64,000 nucleotides of DNA from a plasmid. The translations under genes and the position numbers were made by a program. The stretch lies in sequence record NZ_LR134454.1; one strand, 5' to 3'. Positions 27,621-37,880 of this stretch are shown in pieces (the first letter of the stretch is position 1; the number at the start of each line of letters is the position of its first letter). The notes beneath the pieces are model-generated. The model was not told the origin of the DNA and ran no database searches. It saw nothing but the letters and a program-made list of their open reading frames with translations.

Positions 27621-29551
27621 CGACTTCGAATCCCACTGCCCAGCGGTACTTCTCGCTCGGGCTGCGATCGCTCGCGGCGCGGACAGACACCCGTGAGCCG
27701 GCCCAGGCGTTCCGCCTCGCCGTTGAGGCCGACCCCACGATGTGCGACGCGTGGATCGGCCTGATGGCCGTCGACCGGACCCAGCTCAGTGACCCGTCCG
27801 CCGCGCGCGGACTGCTGAGCTCGGCCCGGAACTTCGGCGCCGAGCTGCGCCGCAACGGCATGGTCGTCGACCCCGCCGAGGGCGCGCTCGGGCTGAAGAT
27901 CCCCGTCCAGATGGGCGTCGTCGAGCTCGGGATGCCCGTCACCGACGTGGTCTACGCCCGCGCCGGCGCCGCGGTGATCCTGGCGCAGACCGGTCATCTC
28001 GCCGAGGCCGCCGAGGAGTTGACCCGGCTTCAGCGCGAGGTGAGTCCGGACTCGCCGGCGCAGCGGAACTACCTGCGCTACCTGTGGATCTGTCTGCTCG
28101 GCCTCGCGCACCGCTGGCCCGAGGTGCTCTCGACGGTCGCCGACAGCCGCGAGCCCCTCTGGGTGTCCGCCGAGACAGACGGCGCCGTCCGCTTCTGGCA
28201 GCTGGGCGTCACCGCGCTGACCGCGCGCGCCCTCGTCGGCACCGGCGACGCCCACCAGGCACTCTCGGCGACCAAGACCGCACTCGCCTCCGAGGACTTC
28301 AAGCTGGTCCAGGCCAGCCTTCTGGTGACGCAGGCCTATGCGCTGCGGGCGACGGGCGAGGAGGAGGCCGCCGCCAAACTGCTCCGCGACGCGCGCGCGT
28401 GGATCTCGGCGCGCGCCGACCTCGACCACGCCGCCGCCGGCGGCGCGCTCGAGGTGGTCACCGCGCAGTCGATGAACACCCGCACCGACCCGTGGGACCC
28501 CGCCTCGGGCACGACGGCGCAGGAGATCGAGCAGCAGAGCCTCGACCGGCAGCGCGACGTGGTTCTCGCCGACGCGTGGCGCGAGCTGGACGCCCTCGTC
28601 GGGAGCCCGGACGTCAAGTCGCAGATCCGCCGGCTGGCCTCGAAGGTCGAGATGGACCGCGAGCGCAAGGAACTCAGCGAGGAGCTCGGCGAGGAGTACA
28701 GCGAGGAGGAGATGCGCCTCTCCGCGATCATCACGGGCCCGCCCGGCACCGGCAAGACCACGGGCGTGCGGATCCTCGCGAAGCTGTACTACGGCCTCGG
28801 CGTGGTCGCCAAGCCCGAGGTGTACGAGCACCAGCCCAGCGACATGATGACCGGCTACGTGGGCCAGGCGGGCATCCGCACCAACAAGCTGGTCGACGAG
28901 TCGCGGGGCGGCCTCTTCTTCCTCGACGAGGCCTACGGACTCGTCGCCGGCGACGGCGAGGACCAGGCGTCCCGGTTCGGCCGGGAGGCGCTCGAGGCGC
29001 TGCTCGCCCGGATCGAGAACGAGGGCGACAAGCCCCTGCGCGACAAGGTCGTCGTGGTCCTCGCGGGCTACGACGACGACATGAACCGCCTCCTCCAAGT
29101 GAACGCCGGTCTCCCGCTGCGCTTCCCGACGCGCATCTCGTTCAGCTCCTTCACCGCGGAGGAACTGGTGGAGATCGCGGAGTCCGTCGCCGCCAAGAGT
29201 CGCGAGCACCTGGGCGTCGGCGTGCGCGGCTACCTGGAGGAGCACAACAAGCGGCTCGCCGAGGTGAGCGCCCTCGATCTCAAGGGGCGGCTCTGCTCCG
29301 GCATCGACCTCATGTCGAACGCCCGGTTCATGCGCACCGTCATCTCGTCCGCGCGCGGCTTCCGCGACTTCCGGGTCAGCGCGATCGACCGTTCGGCGCT
29401 GTCGTCCGAGGAGAAGCGGACGCTGCTGCGGACCCTCGAGCTCGATGACGTGCGCCTGGCCTACGAGGAGACCCTGCGCGTGTCGCCGAACTTCCCGTGG
29501 TCGCAGTGGCACCTCTTGGAGACGAGTTGGGAGGAGGAATCGAATGGCTGA
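27617..29551 (+). CDS. eccA: ESX secretion system ATPase EccA
   Basis: …CDAWIGLMAV… TPR-like N-terminus and CbxX-type AAA+ C-terminus (ITGPPGTGKTTGVRILAKLYYGLGVV). Confidence 0.9.
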   Translation: MTTSNPTAQRYFSLGLRSLAARTDTREPAQAFRLAVEADPTMCDAWIGLMAVDRTQLSDPSAARGLLSSARNFGAELRRNGMVVDPAEGALGLKIPVQMGVVELGMPVTDVVYARAGAAVILAQTGHLAEAAEELTRLQREVSPDSPAQRNYLRYLWICLLGLAHRWPEVLSTVADSREPLWVSAETDGAVRFWQLGVTALTARALVGTGDAHQALSATKTALASEDFKLVQASLLVTQAYALRATGEEEAAAKLLRDARAWISARADLDHAAAGGALEVVTAQSMNTRTDPWDPASGTTAQEIEQQSLDRQRDVVLADAWRELDALVGSPDVKSQIRRLASKVEMDRERKELSEELGEEYSEEEMRLSAIITGPPGTGKTTGVRILAKLYYGLGVVAKPEVYEHQPSDMMTGYVGQAGIRTNKLVDESRGGLFFLDEAYGLVAGDGEDQASRFGREALEALLARIENEGDKPLRDKVVVVLAGYDDDMNRLLQVNAGLPLRFPTRISFSSFTAEELVEIAESVAAKSREHLGVGVRGYLEEHNKRLAEVSALDLKGRLCSGIDLMSNARFMRTVISSARGFRDFRVSAIDRSALSSEEKRTLLRTLELDDVRLAYEETLRVSPNFPWSQWHLLETSWEEESNG

Positions 29552-31139
29552 GACTCCGGACCCGTCGAATCCGAAATCGGGTCTGCAAGAGCGGGTCCGC
29601 GGATTCCGCCTGACCTCGAAGTACCAGAAGTCGGGCGAGGCCTATCTGCAGCGGCGCAACGAGGAGGCACTGGTCCGCCGCGACACGCGCTGGATCGACG
29701 ACGTCAAGAAGTTCCAGGGATCGCCGCTGTACATCGGTCTGGCCGTCGGCCTGGTGGTGATGCTCGGGTGCGTGATCGCCGCCGTGATCTTCCCGGCGGG
29801 CAAGGTCGGCGACGGCGACATCATCCAGGACAGCCAGACCGGCGCCCTGTACGTCAAGGTCGGCGACGCACTCAGCCCGATTCCCAACGTGGTCTCCGGC
29901 CAGCTCATCATCGGCTCGCCCGCGAAGCCGGTGCTGGCGAAGTCGGGTGAGATCGAGAAGCTCCCCCGTGGCCCGATGGTGGGTATCCCGTACGCCCCCA
30001 CGGTGATCCGCAACTCCACGAGCCGGCTGTCGCAGTGGGCGGTATGCGACACCACCGCCACCGGCTCGGCGGTGCCGCTCGACCCGACGACGGGTCTGCC
30101 GACCACCGCGACCTCCGCGGTGAAGGTCACCGTCGTCGGCGGCGCGCTCACGCCCGCCGAGGGCACGGACGAACTGACCGGTGATCGCGCCCGCGTCGTG
30201 GCGTTCGACAACCAGACCTGGCTCGTCTACTCGGACGACGGGGTGGTGGCCCGCTCGCGGCTCGACCTGGGCAACTCCGCGATCCGCGAGGCGTTGGGCA
30301 TCTCCATCGACCAGCGCGTGATCCCGATGTCGACGGGCCTGTTCAACGCGCTCGCCGCGCGCGAGCCGATCGACGTTCCGCAGATCACGGATCTCGGTAA
30401 GCCCGTGCGCTTCCCCAACACCGAGAAGCTGCTCATCGGCACGACGCTGCGCGTCGCGACCGTCGACGGGGGCTGGACCTACTACGTGGTGGCCGCCGAC
30501 GGCATCCAGCAGATCAGCCAGACCGCCGCGGCGATCCTGCAGACCGTCTCGCCCGTGAAGAGCGGCGTCGTCGAGACGGAGGCGTCGAAGGCGAACCAGT
30601 GGCCCAAGGTGGGCGGACGGATCGCCGTCGACCACCTGCCGACGGGCAAAGTGCGGATCGAGGACGCCACCAGCGATCCCGTGACCTGCATGACGTGGTC
30701 GCACGACGGTGACGCGCCGACCGCCGAACAGAAGGTGCTGGTCGCGGGCACGCTGCCGCTCACCACGGAGCAGAGCGCCGCCCGGATCGCACTGATCGGC
30801 GCGCCGGGATCGGCGGGCACCATCGCCGACGACGTGTATCTGCCGGCGAACAGCGGGCGCTACGTCTACGCCACCGGCTCCGCGAAGGACTCGCGTGAGC
30901 ACAGCGGCGAGTTCTGGATCGCCGACACCGGCATCCGGTACGGCATCGACGACCAGGGCTCGAACGAGCCGGGCTCGTCCGCGAAGGCGCTCGGGCTGAG
31001 CAACCCGGTGCCCGCGCCGTGGACGATCATCAGCCTGTTCGCGCAGGGCCCGACGCTGTCGCGGGCCAGCGCCTCCATCAAGCACGACGGTGGCGCGCAG
31101 GACCCCGTCGTCGCGAAGTTCGACCCGAAGGGGAAGTAG
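29544..31139 (+). CDS. eccB: ESX secretion system protein EccB
   Basis: …FRLTSKYQKSGEAYLQRRNEEALVRRDTRWIDDV… followed by a single TM helix. GGAGGAGGAA RBS. Overlaps the eccA stop by 8 nt. Confidence 0.9.
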   Translation: MAETPDPSNPKSGLQERVRGFRLTSKYQKSGEAYLQRRNEEALVRRDTRWIDDVKKFQGSPLYIGLAVGLVVMLGCVIAAVIFPAGKVGDGDIIQDSQTGALYVKVGDALSPIPNVVSGQLIIGSPAKPVLAKSGEIEKLPRGPMVGIPYAPTVIRNSTSRLSQWAVCDTTATGSAVPLDPTTGLPTTATSAVKVTVVGGALTPAEGTDELTGDRARVVAFDNQTWLVYSDDGVVARSRLDLGNSAIREALGISIDQRVIPMSTGLFNALAAREPIDVPQITDLGKPVRFPNTEKLLIGTTLRVATVDGGWTYYVVAADGIQQISQTAAAILQTVSPVKSGVVETEASKANQWPKVGGRIAVDHLPTGKVRIEDATSDPVTCMTWSHDGDAPTAEQKVLVAGTLPLTTEQSAARIALIGAPGSAGTIADDVYLPANSGRYVYATGSAKDSREHSGEFWIADTGIRYGIDDQGSNEPGSSAKALGLSNPVPAPWTIISLFAQGPTLSRASASIKHDGGAQDPVVAKFDPKGK

Positions 31140-34100
31140 TGAGTAGGCAGGTCTTCGAGCCCCCGCTCCACCCGAAGAAGGAGCCCCGGGTCGTCAAGAA
31201 GGAGGTGGAGGTCCGCACGCCGGACACCATCGACGAGGTCGACCCTCCGGGCAAGTGGCGCACGGTGATGATGCCCGTCATCATGGTGGTCGCCGTGCTC
31301 GGCATGCTGTTCATGATGATCCGCATGAACCGGGGCTTCAACCCGGTCATGCTGCTCATGCCGATGATGCTGTTGTTCGGCATGTTCGCGTACATGGGCG
31401 GTGGGCCCGGCGGCAGCGGCAGCAAGTCCAAGGCGCAGCTGCTGCACGACCGCAAGCAGGCCAGCCGCTCGATCGGCGCCTCCCGCGAGAAGGCGCTCTC
31501 CCGTGGGCGCAACTACTTCGACGCGCTCGCCCATGCCTACCCCGATCCCTCCGTCGCGGCGTCGCTCGTCGGAACCGAGCGGATGTGGGAGGTGAACGGC
31601 GGCGACTCCGAGCGCAAGACCCGGTTCACCGCAGCGCGGTACGGCCGCGGCCGCATCGTGCCGAAGGCGAAGCTGCTCACTCCGGAGGCGCCCGACGGCG
31701 AGTTCCTCGACCCCGTGCAGTGGACCGAGACCGTGAAGTTCCTGCACACCCACTCGACCATCGCGGACATGCCGCTGGCCCTGACCCTGCGCAACCTGCC
31801 GGTGCTCGGCGTGGGCGGCGACGCCGAACGATCGGCGGGCATGGTGCGCGCCATGCTCAACCACCTCGCCATCACGCACGGACCCGACCGGCTGCGCGTC
31901 GCGGTCGTCGCGGACACGCCCGACGGCGGCCGATGGGAGTACCTGAAATGGCTTCCGCAGGTGCAGCATCCGTCGCTGATCGACGCGCTCGGCTCACGCC
32001 GCATGATCTACGGCAACTGGACCGAGTTCCTCGACGAGCTCGCCGGCAGCGAGGAGCAGCCCGCCGCCGAGGCCGATCGCATCGTCGACTACTCGCGGCC
32101 CTTCACCACCGAGTCCGAGGTGAACGGGCGCACCCGCCATACCGTCGTGATCGTGGAATCCGCTGAGCGCGCGCGGATGACGGACCAGGCGATCGCCTCG
32201 CTCGCCGACGTCACGTGGATCCTGATGTCGCCGCCCGACGGCGTGATCGACTCCTTCCCGCACGCGGTCCTGCTCGACGTGGACCGGGCGGGCATCGTCA
32301 CCCGCTGGGACTCGGACCTCCCGCTGGAGGCGCCCAAGGAGATCGCGCGGGCCGACTACCTCGACCTCGTCGACGCGCACACCACCGCCCGCAAGCTCGC
32401 GCGCTGGGAGCTGGAGACCACGGCCTCGCTGCTGTCCAAGGAGCGCAAGGACACCGGGCGCGATTGGGCCGACCTCGTGCAGGTCGACGACCCCGGCGCC
32501 ATCGACGTGGTCGACTTCTGGCAGCGCATCAAGCGGTTCGACGATCCGCGGCGCCTCAACTTCCCGATCGGCTTCGCGCCGGACGGGACCCGCATCTTCC
32601 TCAACATGCGCGAGGCGAGCCAGGGCGGCACCGGTCCGCACGGCGAGATGATCGGCACGTCGGGATCGGGCAAGTCGGAGTTCCTCCGCTGCCTCGTGTT
32701 GGACGCCTGCCTGTTCCACCCGCCGTCGATGCTCAACCTGCTGCTCGTGGACTTCAAGGGCGGCGCGACCTATCAGGGCATGGAGGACATCCCGCACGTC
32801 GCGGCGGTGGTCACCAACCTCGAGAAGTCCGAGAGCATGGTCGACCGCATGATGGAGGTCATCACCGGCGAGCTCAAGCGGCGCCAGCAGCTCTTCGACA
32901 GCGCCGCCGCCCGGTACCCGTCGTTCAACATCATCGGCCTGACCGAGTACGAGAAGGCCCGCGAGTCCGGTCACTGCCCCGACCTCGAGCCCATGCCGGC
33001 GCTGCTGGTGCTCATCGACGAGTACACCGAGCTCCTCGAGGCCAAGCCGGAATTCGTCAACATCTTCAGCCAGATCGGCCGCGTCGGTCGGTCCGTGGGC
33101 GTGCACCTGCTGCTCGCCTCGCAGAACGCGGAGATGGCGCGCTCGCGCGGCCTGGAGTCGAACATCCACTACCACATCGCGCTTCGCACCGGCACCGCCG
33201 GCGACTCGCGCGCGGTGATCGGCGTCCCCGATGCCAAGAACCTTCCCGGCAAGCCCGGCAACGGCCTCATCAAGACGCTCCACGAGGACGACCTGATCCG
33301 GTTCTACGCCGGTTTCACGGGCAAGCCCTACTTCGCGCCGGAGACGGCGCCGGAGCCCGTCGTGCGAGAGGTCGTGCAGCCCACCGCCGACGACCTCTCC
33401 TCCCGCGGCTTCACCGCGCGCCGGGTCGACATCCCGGACCTCGAGGCCGAGATCGTCGAGGACGACGAGATCGTGCGCACCGAGGAGGAACTGCTCGCCG
33501 CGCCCACCGTCTTCACCGTGGTCAAGGAGCTGCTCACGTCGGCGCCGGCGCGCCCCGCGTACAAGCCGTGGCTCCCGGAGCTCACGTCGACCACGCTGGA
33601 CGTCCTGGCACCGTCGCTCGCGGCGGACGCGTGGGTCGCGCCGAAGGTGACCACCCCCGCCACGCTGAAGCTGCCCTTCGGCGTCTTCGACGACCCGGCC
33701 AAGCACCAGCAGCCGGTGTGGGAGCTGGACCTCTCGGGCGGCCAGGGCAACGTGCTCATCTACGGCGCACCGCAGAAGGGCAAGACGACCGCCGCGATGA
33801 CGCTGGTGACCTCGTTGGCGCTCACCCACTCGCCCGAGCAGGTGCAGTTCTTCGTCGTGGACTACACCGGCGGCGGCTGGATGCGGCTCGAGGACCTGCC
33901 GCACGTGTCCCGGATCGCGACCCGGTCCGAGGAGGACGCGATCAACCGGATCGTCTCCCAGATGTCCGACCTGATCGACCAGCGCGTCAAGCTCTTCCGC
34001 AAGTACCGGGTCAACTCGATGGCCGAGTACCGGCGGCTGCGCAGCGACCCCGGCGCGGAGGTCATCACCGAGGACGCCTTCGGTGACGTCTTCATCGTGA

Positions 34101-35359
34101 TCGACGGCTTCGACGCCGCCGTCACCGAGGGCGGGGTCTTCGAGGACAAGGTGGCCGTGCTCGAGGCGCTCGCGTCGGGCGCCCTGAACTACGGCATCCA
34201 CTTCGTCATCACCACGGCCCGCAACACCGTGCTCCGCGGCCTCGCGAGCCACATGCACACGATCATCGAGGGCCGCGTCTCGACGGCCAGCTACGACATG
34301 TCCGTCGTGAACTCGCAGCGGAACAAGGCGGTGCCCGACAAGGCCGGCCACGTCATCACCACGGACCGGGAGCTGCTCGCCCTCGTCGCGCTGCCCCGCG
34401 CCGACGGCGACGTCTCGCCCGAGACGCTCAGCGTCGGCATCGAGGAGGTCGTGGATCGCATCCGCCGCGCCAACACGTCCGGCGCGGAGGCGCCGAAGCT
34501 GCTGGCGCTGCCCGAATCGGTCCTGCAGAGCGACCTGTTCTCGGTGCTGCCCGCCGAGGCCAGTGCCCGCGAGCGCGTCCGGCTGCCGTTCGGCGTCCGC
34601 GAGACCGACGGCGGACCCGCGATGGCGGACTTCGGCCGCGAGGCGCACATGTACGTGGTCGGCGAGAGCGGGTCCGGTCGGTCCGCGTTCGTGCACACCC
34701 TCATCGAGGCGATCAGCCGCCGGTACCCGTCCATCGACGACGGTGCCATCGCCCTCCTCGACCCCAAGCGCGTGCACCGCGGTGCCTTCGCCCCCAACCC
34801 GAAGAACCTCGGGCTGCACGGCTCCGACCTCTACGATTTCCTGCGCCGCTGGCAGGACAAGCTCGTGGACTGGATGGGCGAGGGGGAGACCGACCCGGAC
34901 AAGGTGACCTATCGCCGGGTGCCCGACACCGCCGACAGCGCCGCCCTCGCGCGCCGCGACTGGTGGACCGGGCCCGAGGTCTTCCTCATCATCGACGATT
35001 ACGACGCCGTCGTCGCCCGCGGGGACCGCACCAACCCGCTCACCCAGACGGTGAAGCTGATGAACGACGGTGTCATTCGCGGCTTCCACGTCATCGTGGT
35101 GCTCAACGACTCCGAGTACCTCTACAAGGCCAGCTCGGACCCGCTGATCCAGTACCTCGACACCCACAGTTCGATGGCGCTGGCCATGTCCGCGGACAAG
35201 TTCAACGTGAACATCGCAGGTGAACGCGGCCAGCGCTTCGGCATCCCCGGCCGCGGCCGATTCCACCCCGGACGCGGGGCGCCGTCGGACATCGTCCAGG
35301 TCGCCTGGAACGGCGTACGCAGGGACGAAGCGGAGTCCGACGAGGAGGTTTGGGGTTGA
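31139..35359 (+). CDS. eccC: ESX secretion system FtsK/SpoIIIE-type ATPase EccC as a single fused polypeptide
   Basis: Two N-terminal TM helices and three P-loop domains (GSGKSE, GKTT, GSGRS). GTG start shares one nt with the eccB stop. Confidence 0.9.
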   Translation: MSRQVFEPPLHPKKEPRVVKKEVEVRTPDTIDEVDPPGKWRTVMMPVIMVVAVLGMLFMMIRMNRGFNPVMLLMPMMLLFGMFAYMGGGPGGSGSKSKAQLLHDRKQASRSIGASREKALSRGRNYFDALAHAYPDPSVAASLVGTERMWEVNGGDSERKTRFTAARYGRGRIVPKAKLLTPEAPDGEFLDPVQWTETVKFLHTHSTIADMPLALTLRNLPVLGVGGDAERSAGMVRAMLNHLAITHGPDRLRVAVVADTPDGGRWEYLKWLPQVQHPSLIDALGSRRMIYGNWTEFLDELAGSEEQPAAEADRIVDYSRPFTTESEVNGRTRHTVVIVESAERARMTDQAIASLADVTWILMSPPDGVIDSFPHAVLLDVDRAGIVTRWDSDLPLEAPKEIARADYLDLVDAHTTARKLARWELETTASLLSKERKDTGRDWADLVQVDDPGAIDVVDFWQRIKRFDDPRRLNFPIGFAPDGTRIFLNMREASQGGTGPHGEMIGTSGSGKSEFLRCLVLDACLFHPPSMLNLLLVDFKGGATYQGMEDIPHVAAVVTNLEKSESMVDRMMEVITGELKRRQQLFDSAAARYPSFNIIGLTEYEKARESGHCPDLEPMPALLVLIDEYTELLEAKPEFVNIFSQIGRVGRSVGVHLLLASQNAEMARSRGLESNIHYHIALRTGTAGDSRAVIGVPDAKNLPGKPGNGLIKTLHEDDLIRFYAGFTGKPYFAPETAPEPVVREVVQPTADDLSSRGFTARRVDIPDLEAEIVEDDEIVRTEEELLAAPTVFTVVKELLTSAPARPAYKPWLPELTSTTLDVLAPSLAADAWVAPKVTTPATLKLPFGVFDDPAKHQQPVWELDLSGGQGNVLIYGAPQKGKTTAAMTLVTSLALTHSPEQVQFFVVDYTGGGWMRLEDLPHVSRIATRSEEDAINRIVSQMSDLIDQRVKLFRKYRVNSMAEYRRLRSDPGAEVITEDAFGDVFIVIDGFDAAVTEGGVFEDKVAVLEALASGALNYGIHFVITTARNTVLRGLASHMHTIIEGRVSTASYDMSVVNSQRNKAVPDKAGHVITTDRELLALVALPRADGDVSPETLSVGIEEVVDRIRRANTSGAEAPKLLALPESVLQSDLFSVLPAEASARERVRLPFGVRETDGGPAMADFGREAHMYVVGESGSGRSAFVHTLIEAISRRYPSIDDGAIALLDPKRVHRGAFAPNPKNLGLHGSDLYDFLRRWQDKLVDWMGEGETDPDKVTYRRVPDTADSAALARRDWWTGPEVFLIIDDYDAVVARGDRTNPLTQTVKLMNDGVIRGFHVIVVLNDSEYLYKASSDPLIQYLDTHSSMALAMSADKFNVNIAGERGQRFGIPGRGRFHPGRGAPSDIVQVAWNGVRRDEAESDEEVWG

Positions 35360-35441
35360 GAAATTCGGACAACCAGGGATTGACGAAATTTGACAATTCT
35401 GTTTTAGTTGCAACTTGAAAATCAAGTAAAGGGGATAGCAG
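35360..35441. promoter_or_regulatory. AT-rich promoter-like island between eccC and PE
   Basis: …ttgacgaaatttgacaattctgttttagttgcaacttgaaaatcaagtaaagggg… sits in an otherwise 70%-GC context. It contains TTGACA-like hexamers and an RBS. Confidence 0.4.
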
Positions 35442-35729
35442 GTGGGCCTGAACGTGGCGCCTATTCAACTCTTGGCAGGAACCAACGAGGTCATGGCGAA
35501 TGTCGCCACCACCTCGGGCTTGATCGGTGGCGCGGCCGGCGCCATCGGCGCCGTCGTACCGGCGGGCATCGACGACGTCTCGCTGCTGGTCTCGGCCAGT
35601 TCCGCGGCGCACGCGGCGAACTTCTTGGCCACCTCGGTCGTCGATCACGCCGAGGTCGCGCAGTACGCGGTGAGCCTCTCGGCGGTGGCCTCGACGTACA
35701 TCATGGCCGACAACGCCGTGCAGTTCTGA
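35442..35729 (+). CDS. PE family protein
   Basis: 95 aa, GTG start. PE35-like core (…AVVPAGIDDVSLLVSASSAAHAANFL…). Confidence 0.7.
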   Translation: MGLNVAPIQLLAGTNEVMANVATTSGLIGGAAGAIGAVVPAGIDDVSLLVSASSAAHAANFLATSVVDHAEVAQYAVSLSAVASTYIMADNAVQF

Positions 35730-35742
35730 CGAGCGTGACGTC

Positions 35743-37119
35743 GTGACTTTCCCAGCGCTTCCCCCCGAGGTGAACGTGGGGCGCCTCATGTCGGGCGCCG
35801 GCCCCGCGCCGGCGACGGCCGCGGCCGCCGCGTGGGCCTCGGTCGCGGCCTCCGTCAGCGCGCGGTCGGTCTTCCTGCAGTCGCTACTGCCGCGCCTCGC
35901 CGCGTCCTGGCAGGCGCCGGAGACGGCGTTGATGACACGCAACGTCGCGATCTACCTCGCGCACAACGAGGCGCTCCGGACGCAGGCGCTGCTCGCGTCC
36001 ACCCGGCACACCAAGCAGGCGGCCGACTACTCGGCCGCGCTGGCGGGCATGGCCCAACTGCCCGAGATCGCGACGAACCACGTGACGCACGCCGTCCTGC
36101 AGGCGACCAACTTCCTGGGCGTCAACACCGCGGCGATCGCCGCGAACGAGGCGCAGTACACGGCGATGTGGGCGCAGAACGCCGCGATGATGCTGACCTA
36201 CCTCGCGAACTCGACGGCGAACATGACGTTCGAACCCTTCATCCCGCCGAAGCCCATGGCCACCGCGATCGGCGTGCCGATCCCCGCCGCAGCCGCGGGC
36301 GCCGCCTCGGTCGGCGACGCGGTGGTGACCAAGATGACCCTCGCCGCACAGGGCGCGCAGGCCGTCGCCAGCATGCTGTGGATGCGCACCGCCGGCGGCG
36401 TGCTCTCCACCACGAAGCTCGGCCAGACTCTGCTCGTTCAGGCGCAGCGGTTCGAGCAGGCCGCGTCCAACGCCGCCACCGCGGCGTCCCAGTCGCGCGA
36501 GAACAGCCTCGCGCGCCCGACGACGGGGCAACAGCTCGGCCAGAGCCTCGTCCAACAGATCGGCGGGGCCGGCGGGGTGGCCGCCGGGGTCGGCGGCGGC
36601 GTGGTCGGAGTGGCCCTGGCCGGCGGCGGGCAGGCCCTGCAGACCGGGACCGGCGTGGGCACGGCCGTGACCGGCGGCGGCGTGGTCTACCAGCCGATGA
36701 GCGCACTGCTCGCGAACGTCAACCCCGAGAACCGCACCGGCACCGTCGGCTACTTCGGCGCCCGCCCGGGCTCGCCCGCCCTGGAGCGGATGTCCCGCGG
36801 CGAGCCCGCGCAGCGCTCCGCGTCCGCGCTCCGCGTCGAGCCCGGGACGGCCGCGCTGCCGCAGGTCGCCGCCCCCGCGAACTGGGCGACCGACGGCCTG
36901 ACGGTCGCGCCGCCGCCCCCGCCGGTCCCGCGCGTCGCCGCCGAGCCGCTGCGCCCGGTCCTCCCGACCGGGACGAGTGCGCCGGTCACGCGGTCGAAGG
37001 GCAAGCAGCGCGAGCGCATCGTCGTGCCCGATACCGCGGCGATGCCCATCTACCAGGACTCGGAGCCCGTGTACGAGTCCGTTCCCGTCGACGTCCCGTC
37101 GAGTGGGGAGGGGCGCTGA
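35743..37119 (+). CDS. PPE family protein
   Basis: VTFPALPPEVNVGRLMSGAGP…, with a Gly/Ala-rich region and a Pro-rich C-terminus. GTG start. Confidence 0.85.
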   Translation: MTFPALPPEVNVGRLMSGAGPAPATAAAAAWASVAASVSARSVFLQSLLPRLAASWQAPETALMTRNVAIYLAHNEALRTQALLASTRHTKQAADYSAALAGMAQLPEIATNHVTHAVLQATNFLGVNTAAIAANEAQYTAMWAQNAAMMLTYLANSTANMTFEPFIPPKPMATAIGVPIPAAAAGAASVGDAVVTKMTLAAQGAQAVASMLWMRTAGGVLSTTKLGQTLLVQAQRFEQAASNAATAASQSRENSLARPTTGQQLGQSLVQQIGGAGGVAAGVGGGVVGVALAGGGQALQTGTGVGTAVTGGGVVYQPMSALLANVNPENRTGTVGYFGARPGSPALERMSRGEPAQRSASALRVEPGTAALPQVAAPANWATDGLTVAPPPPPVPRVAAEPLRPVLPTGTSAPVTRSKGKQRERIVVPDTAAMPIYQDSEPVYESVPVDVPSSGEGR

Positions 37120-37172
37120 TCCCCACCATCCGCTCGGCCCACTACGACCACCTTTGAACTGGAGGAACCCTC

Positions 37173-37478
37173 ATGCCCCCGCAGATCTACGATCTCAACA
37201 CCGTGTCGCACGCGGCCGGTACCGCGAAGACCCACGACGTCGCTGCGACGACCCTCGCCAACATCAAGTTCGTCCGCACCACGGCGGAGGCCTACCGCGC
37301 CGCCAACAACGGTGACACCGCGAACAAGGCCACCGCGCACATGGAGGAGCTCATCGCCGTGTGCAACGCCGAGCAGCAGAAGCTCGAGGCAGTGGCCGAG
37401 GCGCTGGGCCGCAACGGCGGCCTCATCACCAGCACCGACGGCGACGCCGGCGGACTGTTCACCGGCTACGTCGTCTAG
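37173..37478 (+). CDS. WXG100-family protein, EsxB (CFP-10)-like partner; non-canonical with no Trp
   Basis: About 100 aa of helical-hairpin size, lying immediately 5' of the EsxA-like gene. GGAGGA RBS. Confidence 0.55.
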   Translation: MPPQIYDLNTVSHAAGTAKTHDVAATTLANIKFVRTTAEAYRAANNGDTANKATAHMEELIAVCNAEQQKLEAVAEALGRNGGLITSTDGDAGGLFTGYVV

Positions 37479-37507
37479 ACCGCAGATCACACCGAAGGGG
37501 AACCAGC

Positions 37508-37813
37508 ATGACTTCCGCTGAGCGCATCACAGTCACCTATGCCAGCTACGACGCGACCTCGGCCGGTCTCGCCAAGGCCTCGGCCATCGCCGATGCGAAC
37601 ATCGCCGAGCTGACCGCCAACAACACCGCGAACCTCAACGCGTGCAACTGGGTGGGCGTCGACCAGGAGAGCTACCAGCACGTCCACGAGATCTGCCTGA
37701 AGGCCAACGAGAACCTGGCCATGGCGATCCGTAAGACCGGCGTGAACCTGCAGACGGCTGCCGCGATCCACCAGGCCGGCCAGGCGCAGGCCGCGGGCCT
37801 CTACGGGATCTAG
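37508..37813 (+). CDS. WXG100-family protein, EsxA (ESAT-6)-like
   Basis: …NACNWVGVDQESYQHV… is a WxG motif. 101 aa. Confidence 0.7.
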   Translation: MTSAERITVTYASYDATSAGLAKASAIADANIAELTANNTANLNACNWVGVDQESYQHVHEICLKANENLAMAIRKTGVNLQTAAAIHQAGQAQAAGLYGI

Positions 37814-37827
37814 AACGACGAGGACGA

Positions 37828-37859
37828 GGCCCGGCCACCGCGCGTGCGGAGGCCGGGCC
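37828..37859 (+). terminator. Stem-loop downstream of the esxA-like gene; possible partial terminator or processing site
   Basis: GGCCCGGCC (37828-37836), a 14-nt loop, then GGCCGGGCC (37851-37859), a 9-bp perfect stem. No clear U-tract. Confidence 0.3.
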
Positions 37860-37880
37860 GCGTCGGAAGAGGAGGGGCGC

